From positions 64,001 through 128,000 of the forward strand of contig JAGMCR010000002.1 of NCBI GenBank assembly GCA_023129115.1: a stretch of 64,000 nucleotides of DNA, given 5' to 3'. This stretch comes from Candidatus Iainarchaeum sp. (GTDB lineage: Archaea; B1Sed10-29; WALL01). Of the stretch, positions 39,028 to 47,775 are shown piece by piece. Below the pieces are notes generated by a model. That model saw only the letters and a list, made by a program, of their open reading frames with translations, searched no databases and was not told the origin of the DNA. How positions within the stretch are numbered: the stretch's first letter is position 1; each line of letters begins with the position of its first letter. Made by a program: the position numbers and the translations under genes.

Positions 39028-39054
39028 ACGGGGACACTTGACCTAGTCGAGCCG

Positions 39055-39067
39055 CCCTCCCGAGGCT
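39055..39067 (+). repeat. att copy 19 (left arm B)
   Basis: ACTTGACCTAGTCGAGCCG CCCTCCCGAGGCT. Confidence 0.9.
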
Positions 39068-39109
39068 TTTTATATTTTAACCGCGTAACTGCTTGAGCGG
39101 GGTGCGTTT

Positions 39110-40045
39110 ATGGACTATCAAAGATTCATAACAGAAAAAACAAAAATGATTTCTGATGCCGTTGGGGGCGGCGTTGCAATCAATGCCCTGTCCGGGGGAG
39201 TGGACAGTTCAGTTGTTACAGTGCTTGGCCACAAGGCAATCGGCGACAGGCTGAAGACTTATTTTGTCAACAGTGGGCTGATGAGGGAGGGCGAGGCCAA
39301 GCAAGTCGTGGACTGCTTTGCAGGGCTCGGGATAGAAGTCAATGTGCTCGAGGCGCAGGAAGAGTTCTTCAGTGCCCTGAAGGGGCTGGAAGACCCCGAG
39401 GAAAAAAGGAATGCAATCACCAACAGTTTTTATGCAAACGTTTTCAGCAGGCTTGTCAGGGAAAGCGGGGCAAAGACCCTTCTGCAGGGCACCATACTCA
39501 CTGACGTTGACGAGACAGTGGCGGGAATAAAGAGGCAGCACAACGTCCTGGAGCAGCTTGGGATTGACACCGAGAAGGAATATGGCTACAAGGTCCTTGA
39601 GCCACTCATTGAGCTGAGGAAGGACGGCGTGAGGGAGCTTGGGAAAGCGCTTGGAATGCCAGAAGACGTCTTCACGAGGATTCCCTTCCCCGGCCCTGCA
39701 CTGGCCGCCAGGGTGATTGGGGAGGTAACGCCCGAAAGAGTGGGGCTGGCCAGGAAGGCGACAAAAATAGTTGAGGAAGAGCTCAAGGACTCAAACGCAT
39801 TCCAGTATTTCGCGGTGCTCATGAGCGACAGGGCCACGGGAATGAGGGAAGGGAAGAGGGCGTTTGGCGAAATAATCGTGGTAAGGTGCGTGGAAAGCAT
39901 TGACGCGCGAACCGCAACCCCAACGCAGCTGCCCTGGGAAAAGCTAAAGGCAATAGAGCAAAAGATTACGTCTGAGCTGCCGGAAGTCGTCAGGGTCCTG
40001 TACGACCTAACCCCAAAGCCGCCCTCGACAATAGAATTCGTATAG
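39110..40045 (+). CDS. guaA: GMP synthase ATP-pyrophosphatase subunit (subunit B)
   Basis: SGGVDSS, PFPGP, YDLTPKPPSTIE; no glutaminase domain. Confidence 0.92.
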   Translation: MDYQRFITEKTKMISDAVGGGVAINALSGGVDSSVVTVLGHKAIGDRLKTYFVNSGLMREGEAKQVVDCFAGLGIEVNVLEAQEEFFSALKGLEDPEEKRNAITNSFYANVFSRLVRESGAKTLLQGTILTDVDETVAGIKRQHNVLEQLGIDTEKEYGYKVLEPLIELRKDGVRELGKALGMPEDVFTRIPFPGPALAARVIGEVTPERVGLARKATKIVEEELKDSNAFQYFAVLMSDRATGMREGKRAFGEIIVVRCVESIDARTATPTQLPWEKLKAIEQKITSELPEVVRVLYDLTPKPPSTIEFV

Positions 40046-40096
40046 CGCATAAGCTTCTATGGTGTCTCCTGAAACAATTGGATGGGAATGCAAGGC

Positions 40097-40108
40097 CCCC
40101 CCCGAGGC
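40097..40108 (+). repeat. degenerate att copy 20 (distal end)
   Basis: CCCCCCCGAGGC; the nearby GCACCAAACTATTTATAGAACTT also follows site 4. Confidence 0.6.
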
Positions 40109-40173
40109 CCTTATCATCCAGTGCTGGATTCCGCACCAAACTATTTATAGAACTTCGAGTCATCATTTATGGA

Positions 40174-40917
40174 ATGCCCGAGATTACATTGTTGTTGGTT
40201 TTACTCGCCGGAGTGGCCGCGGGCTTTTTTGATTCAGCACTTGGGGCTGGCGGCTTAATCTCAGTCCCGTCCCTCATCTTTCTCGGCCTTCCCCCCCAAG
40301 TCGCAATAGCAACTGACAGGTTCGGCACCCTCGGCCAAATGACCACTGCCTTCTTCAAGTTCTGGAAAGCCAAAAAAATACTCTGGAAATACGTCCCTAT
40401 CCTCGCAGCCATTAGTTTGGTGGGTTCCTTAATTGGCGCAAACATCTTGTTGGCTGTTGACCCGAATATCCTCCAGCAAATTGTTGGCGTCTTCCTGCTT
40501 GTCCTCCTGCCGTTCATATTCTTGAAACAAAACATTGGCGTCAAGCGAAGCAAAGTGCCCAAGTCCAAGGCCGCGCTGGGTTTACTGATTTATTTCCTCA
40601 TCATGATTTTTGGAGGATTTTTTGGCCAGGGAACAGGGCCCATGATATTCTATGCCCTCACGTACTTCCTCGGGTTTACAATGATTGAGGTGCTTGCCAC
40701 CGGCATCATCCCCTGGTTTGTCCTCTCCATATCCTCATTGGTGATATTCGCGCTCTATGGAATCATCGACTATGAAGTCGGGATTGTCTTGCTCATAGGC
40801 ATGGCGGTTGGTGGCTACATCGGCGCCCACGTCGTGTTAAAAAAAGGCGACTTGTGGGTAAAACGCCTGTTTATTCTGTTCGTAATCATTTCAGGCCTAA
40901 AATTATTGTTCTTTTAG
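40174..40917 (+). CDS. TauE/SafE sulfite exporter family
   Basis: GAGGLISVP, AIAT, GGFFG.GTG. Confidence 0.9.
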   Translation: MPEITLLLVLLAGVAAGFFDSALGAGGLISVPSLIFLGLPPQVAIATDRFGTLGQMTTAFFKFWKAKKILWKYVPILAAISLVGSLIGANILLAVDPNILQQIVGVFLLVLLPFIFLKQNIGVKRSKVPKSKAALGLLIYFLIMIFGGFFGQGTGPMIFYALTYFLGFTMIEVLATGIIPWFVLSISSLVIFALYGIIDYEVGIVLLIGMAVGGYIGAHVVLKKGDLWVKRLFILFVIISGLKLLFF

Positions 40918-40951
40918 AAACGTTTTTATTCTGCGCCGCTGTTTTTATTTC

Positions 40952-41440
40952 ATGGCAGCCGCCACCCCTCCCGCAAAGACAAAAATAATTGACGTCACTC
41001 CACACGACCCGACCGCAAAGACAAAGATTGAGGTCGACGCCATGCACAAAACAGTGTACGTGACCGAGTACCACCCGTTCCACAAGCGCACGCGCGGAGA
41101 AAAAATCGCAGACCTCGTCGCAGAAGTCGGCGGCAGCTGGTCCTTCATACTACTTTTTTTCTTCTACCTATCGGTGTGGGTTGGCCTGAACCTCTGGCTC
41201 GTCGGCACCGCCGGCGCGTTCGACCCGTACCCCTTCATACTCCTCAACCTAACCCTCTCCTGCCTCGCCGCGATACAGGCCCCGGTAATCCTCATGAGCC
41301 AGAACCGGTCTGCGAAGAGGGACAGGAAAAAAGAAGAGCACGACCACTTAATCAACAAGAAGGCAGAGCACGAAATCGCGGACATGCAGAAAGACCTCGA
41401 GGAAATCAAGGGCATGATACGGAAGCTCTCCAAGAAGTAG
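40952..41440 (+). CDS. DUF1003 membrane protein
   Basis: GSWSF, FDPYPFILLNL, APVILMSQNR. Confidence 0.92.
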   Translation: MAAATPPAKTKIIDVTPHDPTAKTKIEVDAMHKTVYVTEYHPFHKRTRGEKIADLVAEVGGSWSFILLFFFYLSVWVGLNLWLVGTAGAFDPYPFILLNLTLSCLAAIQAPVILMSQNRSAKRDRKKEEHDHLINKKAEHEIADMQKDLEEIKGMIRKLSKK

Positions 41441-41448
41441 GCGTTCGC

Positions 41449-42126
41449 ATGCCCACTGCCGCACAACTCCTCAAGCAGCTAAAGCCCCTAGGCACCAAAA
41501 AGAACCGCGAGGGAATGGCGCGGTTCGGCATCAACACCACTGACGCGTTTGGCGTGCCAGTCCCAAAAATCCGTGCACTCGCCAAACAAATCGGGCCAGA
41601 CCACAGGCTCGCCCAGGAACTGTGGAAGACCGGGAACCACGAGGCGCGCCTGCTCGCTTGCTTCATTGATGACCCCGCCAAAGTCACGGAGGCCCAGATG
41701 GGGCGCTGGGCAAAATGCTTTGACTCGTGGGACGTTTGCGACCAGTGCTGCGGCTGCTTGTTCGGCAAGGCCCCGTTCGCGTACAAAAAAGTGCGGGAGT
41801 GGGCGAGGCGCGACGAAGAGTTCGTGCGCCGCGCCGCGTTCGCGCTCCTCGCGTCCCTCGCCGTGCACGACAAGAAAGCGGGCGACAAAAAGTTCGAGCA
41901 GTTCTTTCCGCTCATCAAGAAGTACTCCACAGACGAAAGGAACTACGTCAAAAAAGCGGTGAACTGGGCGCTCCGCCAAATCGGCAAAAGAAACAAAGCG
42001 CTGAACAAAAAAGCCGTTGCCGCAGCGAAAGAAATAAAGAAAATCGACTCGCGTTCCGCGCGGTGGATTGCCGCGGACGCGATTCGCGAGCTAACAAGCG
42101 AGAAAGTCCGGCGGCGGCTTAACTGA
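41449..42126 (+). CDS. DNA alkylation repair protein, AlkD-like
   Basis: GVPVPKIR, FDSWDVCD, VKKAVNWALRQIGK. Confidence 0.9.
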   Translation: MPTAAQLLKQLKPLGTKKNREGMARFGINTTDAFGVPVPKIRALAKQIGPDHRLAQELWKTGNHEARLLACFIDDPAKVTEAQMGRWAKCFDSWDVCDQCCGCLFGKAPFAYKKVREWARRDEEFVRRAAFALLASLAVHDKKAGDKKFEQFFPLIKKYSTDERNYVKKAVNWALRQIGKRNKALNKKAVAAAKEIKKIDSRSARWIAADAIRELTSEKVRRRLN

Positions 42127-43099
42127 GAGCTGCCTCTCCGCCTTCCTTGCGGAGCTTGATGATTGCTTTTGTTTGGTCTTTGATGTAGCTCTTCAATTCT
42201 TTTGTGAAATGCTCGCGCCCCTTGGTGAATGCCTTAAATTCCTCGATGCCGGCGCCGCCCATCAAATTCTTACCGTAGCTGAGCCTATCGTGGAGCTCGT
42301 CCATGGCGGCCTTCACTGACGTCGCTACTTCCACGCCGCCGTCCCTCTTTGTTATTCTCTTAATTTCCAGGTTGTCTTCTGTGGGCCAAAGCATCCTGTC
42401 CATCAACTCCTGAATGTTAAGCTGGACGCCAATTATTTCCCCCCCATAGTCGCTTTTTTGCGTCATCGTTCTCTCCCATTTTTCCCTTTTTGTTGGCAGC
42501 CGTATACCTCCGCGCCTACCTGCCCTCAGCACTGGATTATAATTGTCAGCCTCCGCCTTACGCATTATAACCCGCTGCTCCTCCGCCTTTTCTTCCAGCC
42601 GGGCTTTCGTTTTGTGCATGTCCTCAAGAACGTCAAGCTGTTCGATTATGTGGTTAATGTTCCAGAGGTATCCCGCGGGGTCTTCGTGGACAGTGGTCCG
42701 TATCTTGCGCTCTTCAATGTTCCTGATGTCCTGCGGCTTGGCCATTTTGTACGCAGCCTGTTGCTCCGACCAGGTCTTCAGTGCTATATCACTTTTTGCG
42801 TGGAGTTCCTTCATTTTTGCTTCAGTTAGCTTGTTTTTTTCTACTAACTCGTCGACCTCTTTATGCAGTTCCTCTAGAATAGTTTTTTTGAATTGCTTTA
42901 TGGTGGTTTGCTTGATGGCTCCCGCCTCTTTTTCGGTAGCCCGCTCTGCCCCCCATTTTTCAAGGTCTTTTCCCTTGTAGGGCACAATATAGTCCTTATT
43001 CTCCCCTACTTGGATTCTCCTCCCCAAGTTGCTCCCAACGACTTTTGTGCCACGCTTCTTGGAGCTTTTTTTCTTCCCGGAACCGCCTTTCTTGGCCAT
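42119..43099 (-). CDS. hypothetical protein
   Basis: Lys-rich N-terminus, coiled-coil. Confidence 0.65.
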   Translation of the reverse strand: MAKKGGSGKKKSSKKRGTKVVGSNLGRRIQVGENKDYIVPYKGKDLEKWGAERATEKEAGAIKQTTIKQFKKTILEELHKEVDELVEKNKLTEAKMKELHAKSDIALKTWSEQQAAYKMAKPQDIRNIEERKIRTTVHEDPAGYLWNINHIIEQLDVLEDMHKTKARLEEKAEEQRVIMRKAEADNYNPVLRAGRRGGIRLPTKREKWERTMTQKSDYGGEIIGVQLNIQELMDRMLWPTEDNLEIKRITKRDGGVEVATSVKAAMDELHDRLSYGKNLMGGAGIEEFKAFTKGREHFTKELKSYIKDQTKAIIKLRKEGGEAALS

Positions 43100-43164
43100 C
43101 AAACCACCTGAATACTTTATCACACCCAGCACTTAAATAGGTTATTGCAAAAAGCGAGCCCCTG

Positions 43165-43716
43165 TCAGCGCGGCTGCAGCTTTTCCACAATCAATAGCGG
43201 CCACAGCACATTCGTCGCCATCACTGTTATCTTCTGCACGAACGGCCCGTATGCACTCCCCGTGGAGGCAAGCGTCGCGATTGCCAGCAAGGCGGCCACG
43301 AGCCCGAACGCCCTGTACACTGCCGGCAGCTTTTTTGCTTTTATCGAGAAAAGCGTCACGGCAACAGGCATGCACACGAACCACAGGAGCGTTGCCGGGA
43401 CATGCAGCCAGTGGTCCATGGGAAAGACGCCAAGGAGCGCCAGGGACAACCCCGCCCCCACGCCCGCCAGTTTCGCCGCCTTCCCCGGCGCCACGGAATA
43501 AAACCACGCCGCGAACACCACGCCCCCAACCACGACCACCGTGTTGAACACGAGCGCCGAGTAAAACGAGACGCCCCACACCCCCAGCGCGCTAAGCATC
43601 TGCCCAAAAAAGTCGTATCCCGGGTAAAGCTCAATCGCCACCAGCACGCCAGCGAGCTGGATGAATATCGCGGCAATCATCGCGTTGCCCAGATGCCTTA
43701 ACCACGCTTTCCGCAT
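43165..43716 (-). CDS. DUF998-like membrane protein
   Basis: YPGY...LSALG...FN...GVFP...H. Confidence 0.7.
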   Translation of the reverse strand: MRKAWLRHLGNAMIAAIFIQLAGVLVAIELYPGYDFFGQMLSALGVWGVSFYSALVFNTVVVVGGVVFAAWFYSVAPGKAAKLAGVGAGLSLALLGVFPMDHWLHVPATLLWFVCMPVAVTLFSIKAKKLPAVYRAFGLVAALLAIATLASTGSAYGPFVQKITVMATNVLWPLLIVEKLQPR

Positions 43717-43774
43717 GCCATTCACTAGGCAAGCGATTGGTTATAAAAATATCGGTGGATTAACGGCATTTGCA

Positions 43775-44503
43775 ATGCTAGAGATAATCACACTCGCAAC
43801 CCTGTCCGGCCTGACCACGTTCATAGGCGTTTGGCTAGCAACCGTCATCAAGAAAAACAAGACGCTGATTTCCATCGGCATCGGCTTCTCGAGCGGCGTC
43901 ATGATTGCAATCAGCTTCCTCGAGCTCATGCCAATGGCCATGGCCCTCGCGCCCGGCATGCTCGTCCTCGCCGCGTTCTCCGCCGGCTTCGGAATCGTCT
44001 GGCTCTTCGACTACTTCCTCCCCCACATGCACTTCATCAAGGAAGCAGGCAAAATGGGCGCCGCCATGAAGACCGGCTACCTCGTCACGTTCGGCATAAT
44101 CATACACGACTTTCCCGAGGGATTCGCCATGGCCACAGCGTTCGTCGTCAACCCACTCGCCGGCATACTCGTCGCCATCGCAATCGCCATCCACAACATT
44201 CCCGAAGAGTTCGCGCTCGGCGTCCCGCTCGTCCTCATGGGCAAAAAGAAGCTGCTCTACAAGCTCGCCCTCGTCTCGGCGCTCGCCGAGCCGGCCGGCG
44301 CCGCCATCGGCCTCTTCCTGTTCAGCGCGTGGCCCGCGCTCAACCCATTGATGCTCGCGTTCGCCGCGGGCGCGATGGTGTTCGTCTCGATAGACGAGCT
44401 CCTCCCCCTCGCCCAGAAGTACGGCGGCTTCAGCCACGCGTCGCTGGGGCTATTGTTCGGAATAGTCACTTACGCCGTGCTTGCCCTCGCCCTCGGCGTC
44501 TAG
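43775..44503 (+). CDS. ZIP family metal transporter
   Basis: HDFPEG, HNIPE, DELLP. Confidence 0.92.
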   Translation: MLEIITLATLSGLTTFIGVWLATVIKKNKTLISIGIGFSSGVMIAISFLELMPMAMALAPGMLVLAAFSAGFGIVWLFDYFLPHMHFIKEAGKMGAAMKTGYLVTFGIIIHDFPEGFAMATAFVVNPLAGILVAIAIAIHNIPEEFALGVPLVLMGKKKLLYKLALVSALAEPAGAAIGLFLFSAWPALNPLMLAFAAGAMVFVSIDELLPLAQKYGGFSHASLGLLFGIVTYAVLALALGV

Positions 44504-44522
44504 TTGCCCCGCGCCACCCAAA

Positions 44523-45401
44523 TCATGGCTTTGGCCCGTCTTCCAGCGATGGCTTTGGCTCGTATTTCAAGGGTATCCTGATGTGAAAAATGGTTCCAGG
44601 GAACTCTGCACCCGGGTTCGCGGGCTCGAACCACAAGTGCCCTTCTCTCAGCACATTATCTGCATTGGGGTGGTGCAGTTCAACCGCCTGCTTAACGAGG
44701 TGTGTGCCGACGCCCGTGCCCTTTTCCCTGCCGGTGACATACTTATTGAACAGCGTGTCCTTCATGAATTTTGGGACTCCGGTCCCATTGTCCCGGATGT
44801 GCAGCACGAAGTACCCATTGTCTTTTTCGCCAGAAATATGGACGAACGGGTCCTCTATTTTATTGTCTTTGAAGTTGTCGGCGGCGTTATCGATAATGTT
44901 CTTCACGAGGGACTCAATTTTGTGGGAGGCCACCTCGGCGGTTTGGGGCAATGCGCCAATATCCAAGTCTATTCTCATCCTTTTTTCGTTTCTCACGATT
45001 TTGTTCAAGAGGCCATGCAGGTTTGTCTCTACTGGATTAAATGGCTTTTTGTAGTTGGCAAGGACATTGTCTATGTCGTCAAAGCCACCTTCTACCCCGT
45101 CTTCCCAACCTTCAATAGCGATATTATCCCTTGCCAGTCCCGCTAACCCCTTTATCTTGTTCAGTGGCGCCCTCAAGTCATGAATCCCTGCCCCCAAATC
45201 GAATTCGCTTCCCGTTCCCCTATGCCTTATTGGCGTGTATTTTTCCCTGTTCTTGAGGTAATTGCCAATCCGGTCAGCAGTTTCACCGCACAGCCTGGCC
45301 AGCTTGCCAGCGGAAGGCCGCCTTCTGTTGCTCTTGTAGGACTTCCACTGCGTTTTTATCCGGCTTATCCTAGACTTTATCTCCCCCAATCCTTTTGCCA
45401 T
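44523..45401 (-). CDS. cytoplasmic histidine kinase
   Basis: HDLRAPL, N box, DNGTG, GTGVG. Confidence 0.85.
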   Translation of the reverse strand: MAKGLGEIKSRISRIKTQWKSYKSNRRRPSAGKLARLCGETADRIGNYLKNREKYTPIRHRGTGSEFDLGAGIHDLRAPLNKIKGLAGLARDNIAIEGWEDGVEGGFDDIDNVLANYKKPFNPVETNLHGLLNKIVRNEKRMRIDLDIGALPQTAEVASHKIESLVKNIIDNAADNFKDNKIEDPFVHISGEKDNGYFVLHIRDNGTGVPKFMKDTLFNKYVTGREKGTGVGTHLVKQAVELHHPNADNVLREGHLWFEPANPGAEFPGTIFHIRIPLKYEPKPSLEDGPKP

Positions 45402-45441
45402 TAATAGATGGTTATGAGGCGCAGCCTTTAAAAAAACAGCG

Positions 45442-46983
45442 TTATTTCCTCTTCGGCACCAGCCCTTCAGGCGCTGCCGGCGGCTTAATCTTCACGTTCG
45501 CCCAGTTCAGGATGTCCCTGACTATGCCGTTCGCGAGCTTAACCGCGACCCGGTACCGCGGGTCCCTCATGCCCTCAACCCCCAGCTCGTCCTTCGCGAA
45601 CTCATGCGCCTCCATGAGCTCGTGCATGTACTGCGGCAGTGCAGTGACGTCAATATTTTCCCTCGCCCTGTTCAGGACCTTGGGGTAAGCCTCCGCCATC
45701 CGGATGAACTGGTGTAATTCAAACGACTCGTCCGCCACCAGCGGCTGCTTCTCCACCACCCTCTCCGCAGCCTTTGCCTCCTTCTCAAGGCGCTTCACGT
45801 CCCCCAGGCCCCTCTTGCCCTGCGCGAGAATCTGTATCTGCGCGTCCGCCACTTCGTCCGGGGAATGGTCCTTGGGGCTAAGCATCACCTCGAAGTGCCT
45901 CGAGTGAACGCCCATGTAGTCCGGCAAATCGTAAAGATGAAGCGAAATATTGTCCGCCAAGTGGCCCATGCCGTACTCCTCGAGCTTGTCCCGCGTCTCG
46001 CTCTGCTGGCTCTTGGCGTCGATTATTTTGCCGCCAAGCCTCTCCTTCTCCGGCAGCGACACAAACGCGTGCGTGGCCCCAAAGTCCGGCAGCCCCGCAA
46101 GCACCTTCAAGACCTTTTCTTTTTCGACGCCGTGCTTTCCCGCAAACTTTCCCGCGAACTCTTCCTTTCCCCCAAGCTTCGCGATGTAAAGCAATGCGTC
46201 GAAGTCCGCGCACTTTCCCTTGCGCTTCTTCTTCGCCAATTTCATCAAACTGTCGAACACTTGCTGGAGCCGGTCCTCAGAAACAATCTTGTAGCTCCCC
46301 TCCTCAACGTGGCCGTTCACAAACTCCCTCAGCATTTCGTTCTCGGCCAAAACGTCCTCCGGCGTAATCAATCCACCGCCGGGCGCGTTAATGTTGTCGA
46401 ACAGGATTGTCTGCTGCCCCGCCTCGATGCCCTTGTTGTAGTTGAGCCCCCCAGCGTGCAGCGCGTGCACGAAGCCAATGATGTTCGACTCGCTCAAGTC
46501 CATGCGAATGTAGTGGTCGGTCCACTCGCCGTTCAGTACGTCCTCGCTGCGGCTTGCTTCCTTGTGCTGCCGCATAATCGCGGCGTCCACCTTGTGCCTT
46601 ATGTCATCCACCTCTTCCGGGTAAAGCCTCTGCGCCGCATAAATCCGCTTCCTCAAGGTCGGCGACGCAGTCAACAGGCCATCGGCCTCAACGCTCTGCG
46701 TCAGGACGTCCTTCCCGCCCTTCTGCGTCAAAATGTTCTTCGACACTTTGGGCACATCGACGTAGCCAATCCCCGTCAGCTCGACGCCGCCCGCTGTCCT
46801 GGGGTTCTTTACGTTAAGCAAGGCCTTCCGGTGCACTGCCTTTATTCCCAAGTCCAGCCGCGCGTTTGCTTCCATGAACGCGTTCGCCAGCACATGGTCC
46901 ACGGGCGCCTTTCCCTTGCGGGGGCCTTCCGGCACCTCGTACTTCTTGGGCTCTGCAGCCGCTTTGGGCTTCTCCACAGCCAT
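45442..46983 (-). CDS. hypothetical protein
   Basis: 513 aa ORF with plausible composition, TTATAAAT upstream. Confidence 0.7.
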   Translation of the reverse strand: MAVEKPKAAAEPKKYEVPEGPRKGKAPVDHVLANAFMEANARLDLGIKAVHRKALLNVKNPRTAGGVELTGIGYVDVPKVSKNILTQKGGKDVLTQSVEADGLLTASPTLRKRIYAAQRLYPEEVDDIRHKVDAAIMRQHKEASRSEDVLNGEWTDHYIRMDLSESNIIGFVHALHAGGLNYNKGIEAGQQTILFDNINAPGGGLITPEDVLAENEMLREFVNGHVEEGSYKIVSEDRLQQVFDSLMKLAKKKRKGKCADFDALLYIAKLGGKEEFAGKFAGKHGVEKEKVLKVLAGLPDFGATHAFVSLPEKERLGGKIIDAKSQQSETRDKLEEYGMGHLADNISLHLYDLPDYMGVHSRHFEVMLSPKDHSPDEVADAQIQILAQGKRGLGDVKRLEKEAKAAERVVEKQPLVADESFELHQFIRMAEAYPKVLNRARENIDVTALPQYMHELMEAHEFAKDELGVEGMRDPRYRVAVKLANGIVRDILNWANVKIKPPAAPEGLVPKRK

Positions 46984-47037
46984 ACCAATAATTACTGCAC
47001 AGCCATATTTATAAGCACCGCCGCCGAATTAATCCCC

Positions 47038-47775
47038 ATGGAAGTAATTTACTGGGTATTGCTCGCCACTCTCTTGGACGGCCTCGTCGCGTTCGCCGGC
47101 GCGTTTGGGCTCGCGCTGAAGCCAAAGACACTCAAGAAACTCCTCATGTTCCTCGTCGCGTTCTCGGCCGGCGCGCTCATCGGCGGAGCGTTCTTCCACT
47201 TAATCGCCGAGTCGCTCGAAGGGCTGCCAGTGGACTTCGCTTTCCTCCTCGTCATCGCCGGGTTCTGCCTCTTTTTCATAATGGAGCGCTTTCTATACTG
47301 GCACCACTGCCACGAGGGCAAGTGCAAGGTCCACCCGTTCACTTATCTTATCCTCGTCGGCGATGGAGTCCACAACTTCATTGACGGCCTCGTCATCGCC
47401 GCGTCCTTCCTTGTGTCAATCCCGTTCGGCATTGTCACCACATTCTTGATAATCGCGCACGAAATCCCCCAGGAACTGGGCGACTTCGGCATCCTCGTCT
47501 ATGGGGGAATGGAAAAGAAAAAAGCTTTGCTGTACAACTTTGTGTCCCAGCTCACGTGCGTCGTCGGCGGGCTCGCCGGCGTTTTCCTCGCCATGTCTTT
47601 TGACCCCATGCCCCTCCTCCCATTCGCGGCGGGGGGCTTCATCTACATTGCGATGTCTGACTTGGTCCCGGAGCTGCACAAGGAAAAAGACAACCAGAAG
47701 GCTGTGAAGCACTTCGCCTTGTTCCTCGTCGGCCTCGCGTTCATGCTCGCGATAAAATGGGTGGCCGGCGCGTGA
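47038..47775 (+). CDS. ZIP family metal transporter
   Basis: HNFIDG, HEIPQELGDF, DLVPELH. Confidence 0.92.
   Translation: MEVIYWVLLATLLDGLVAFAGAFGLALKPKTLKKLLMFLVAFSAGALIGGAFFHLIAESLEGLPVDFAFLLVIAGFCLFFIMERFLYWHHCHEGKCKVHPFTYLILVGDGVHNFIDGLVIAASFLVSIPFGIVTTFLIIAHEIPQELGDFGILVYGGMEKKKALLYNFVSQLTCVVGGLAGVFLAMSFDPMPLLPFAAGGFIYIAMSDLVPELHKEKDNQKAVKHFALFLVGLAFMLAIKWVAGA

Larger units (their letters stand above)
10930..40108 (+). mobile_element. tRNA-Thr-anchored tandem cassette array / genomic island
   Basis: ~19 further direct copies of the tRNA 3' end separate small gene modules; one integrase; recurrent arm sequences. Confidence 0.88.

Noticed and set aside
10930-40108. Provirus or conjugative element interpretation
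   Set aside because: No capsid, terminase, replicase, relaxase or T4SS genes recognised; many internal att copies instead of one pair.
45865-47037. N-terminal extension giving a 636 aa ZIP ORF
   Set aside because: Antisense to the 513 aa gene; the real ZIP starts at 47038.
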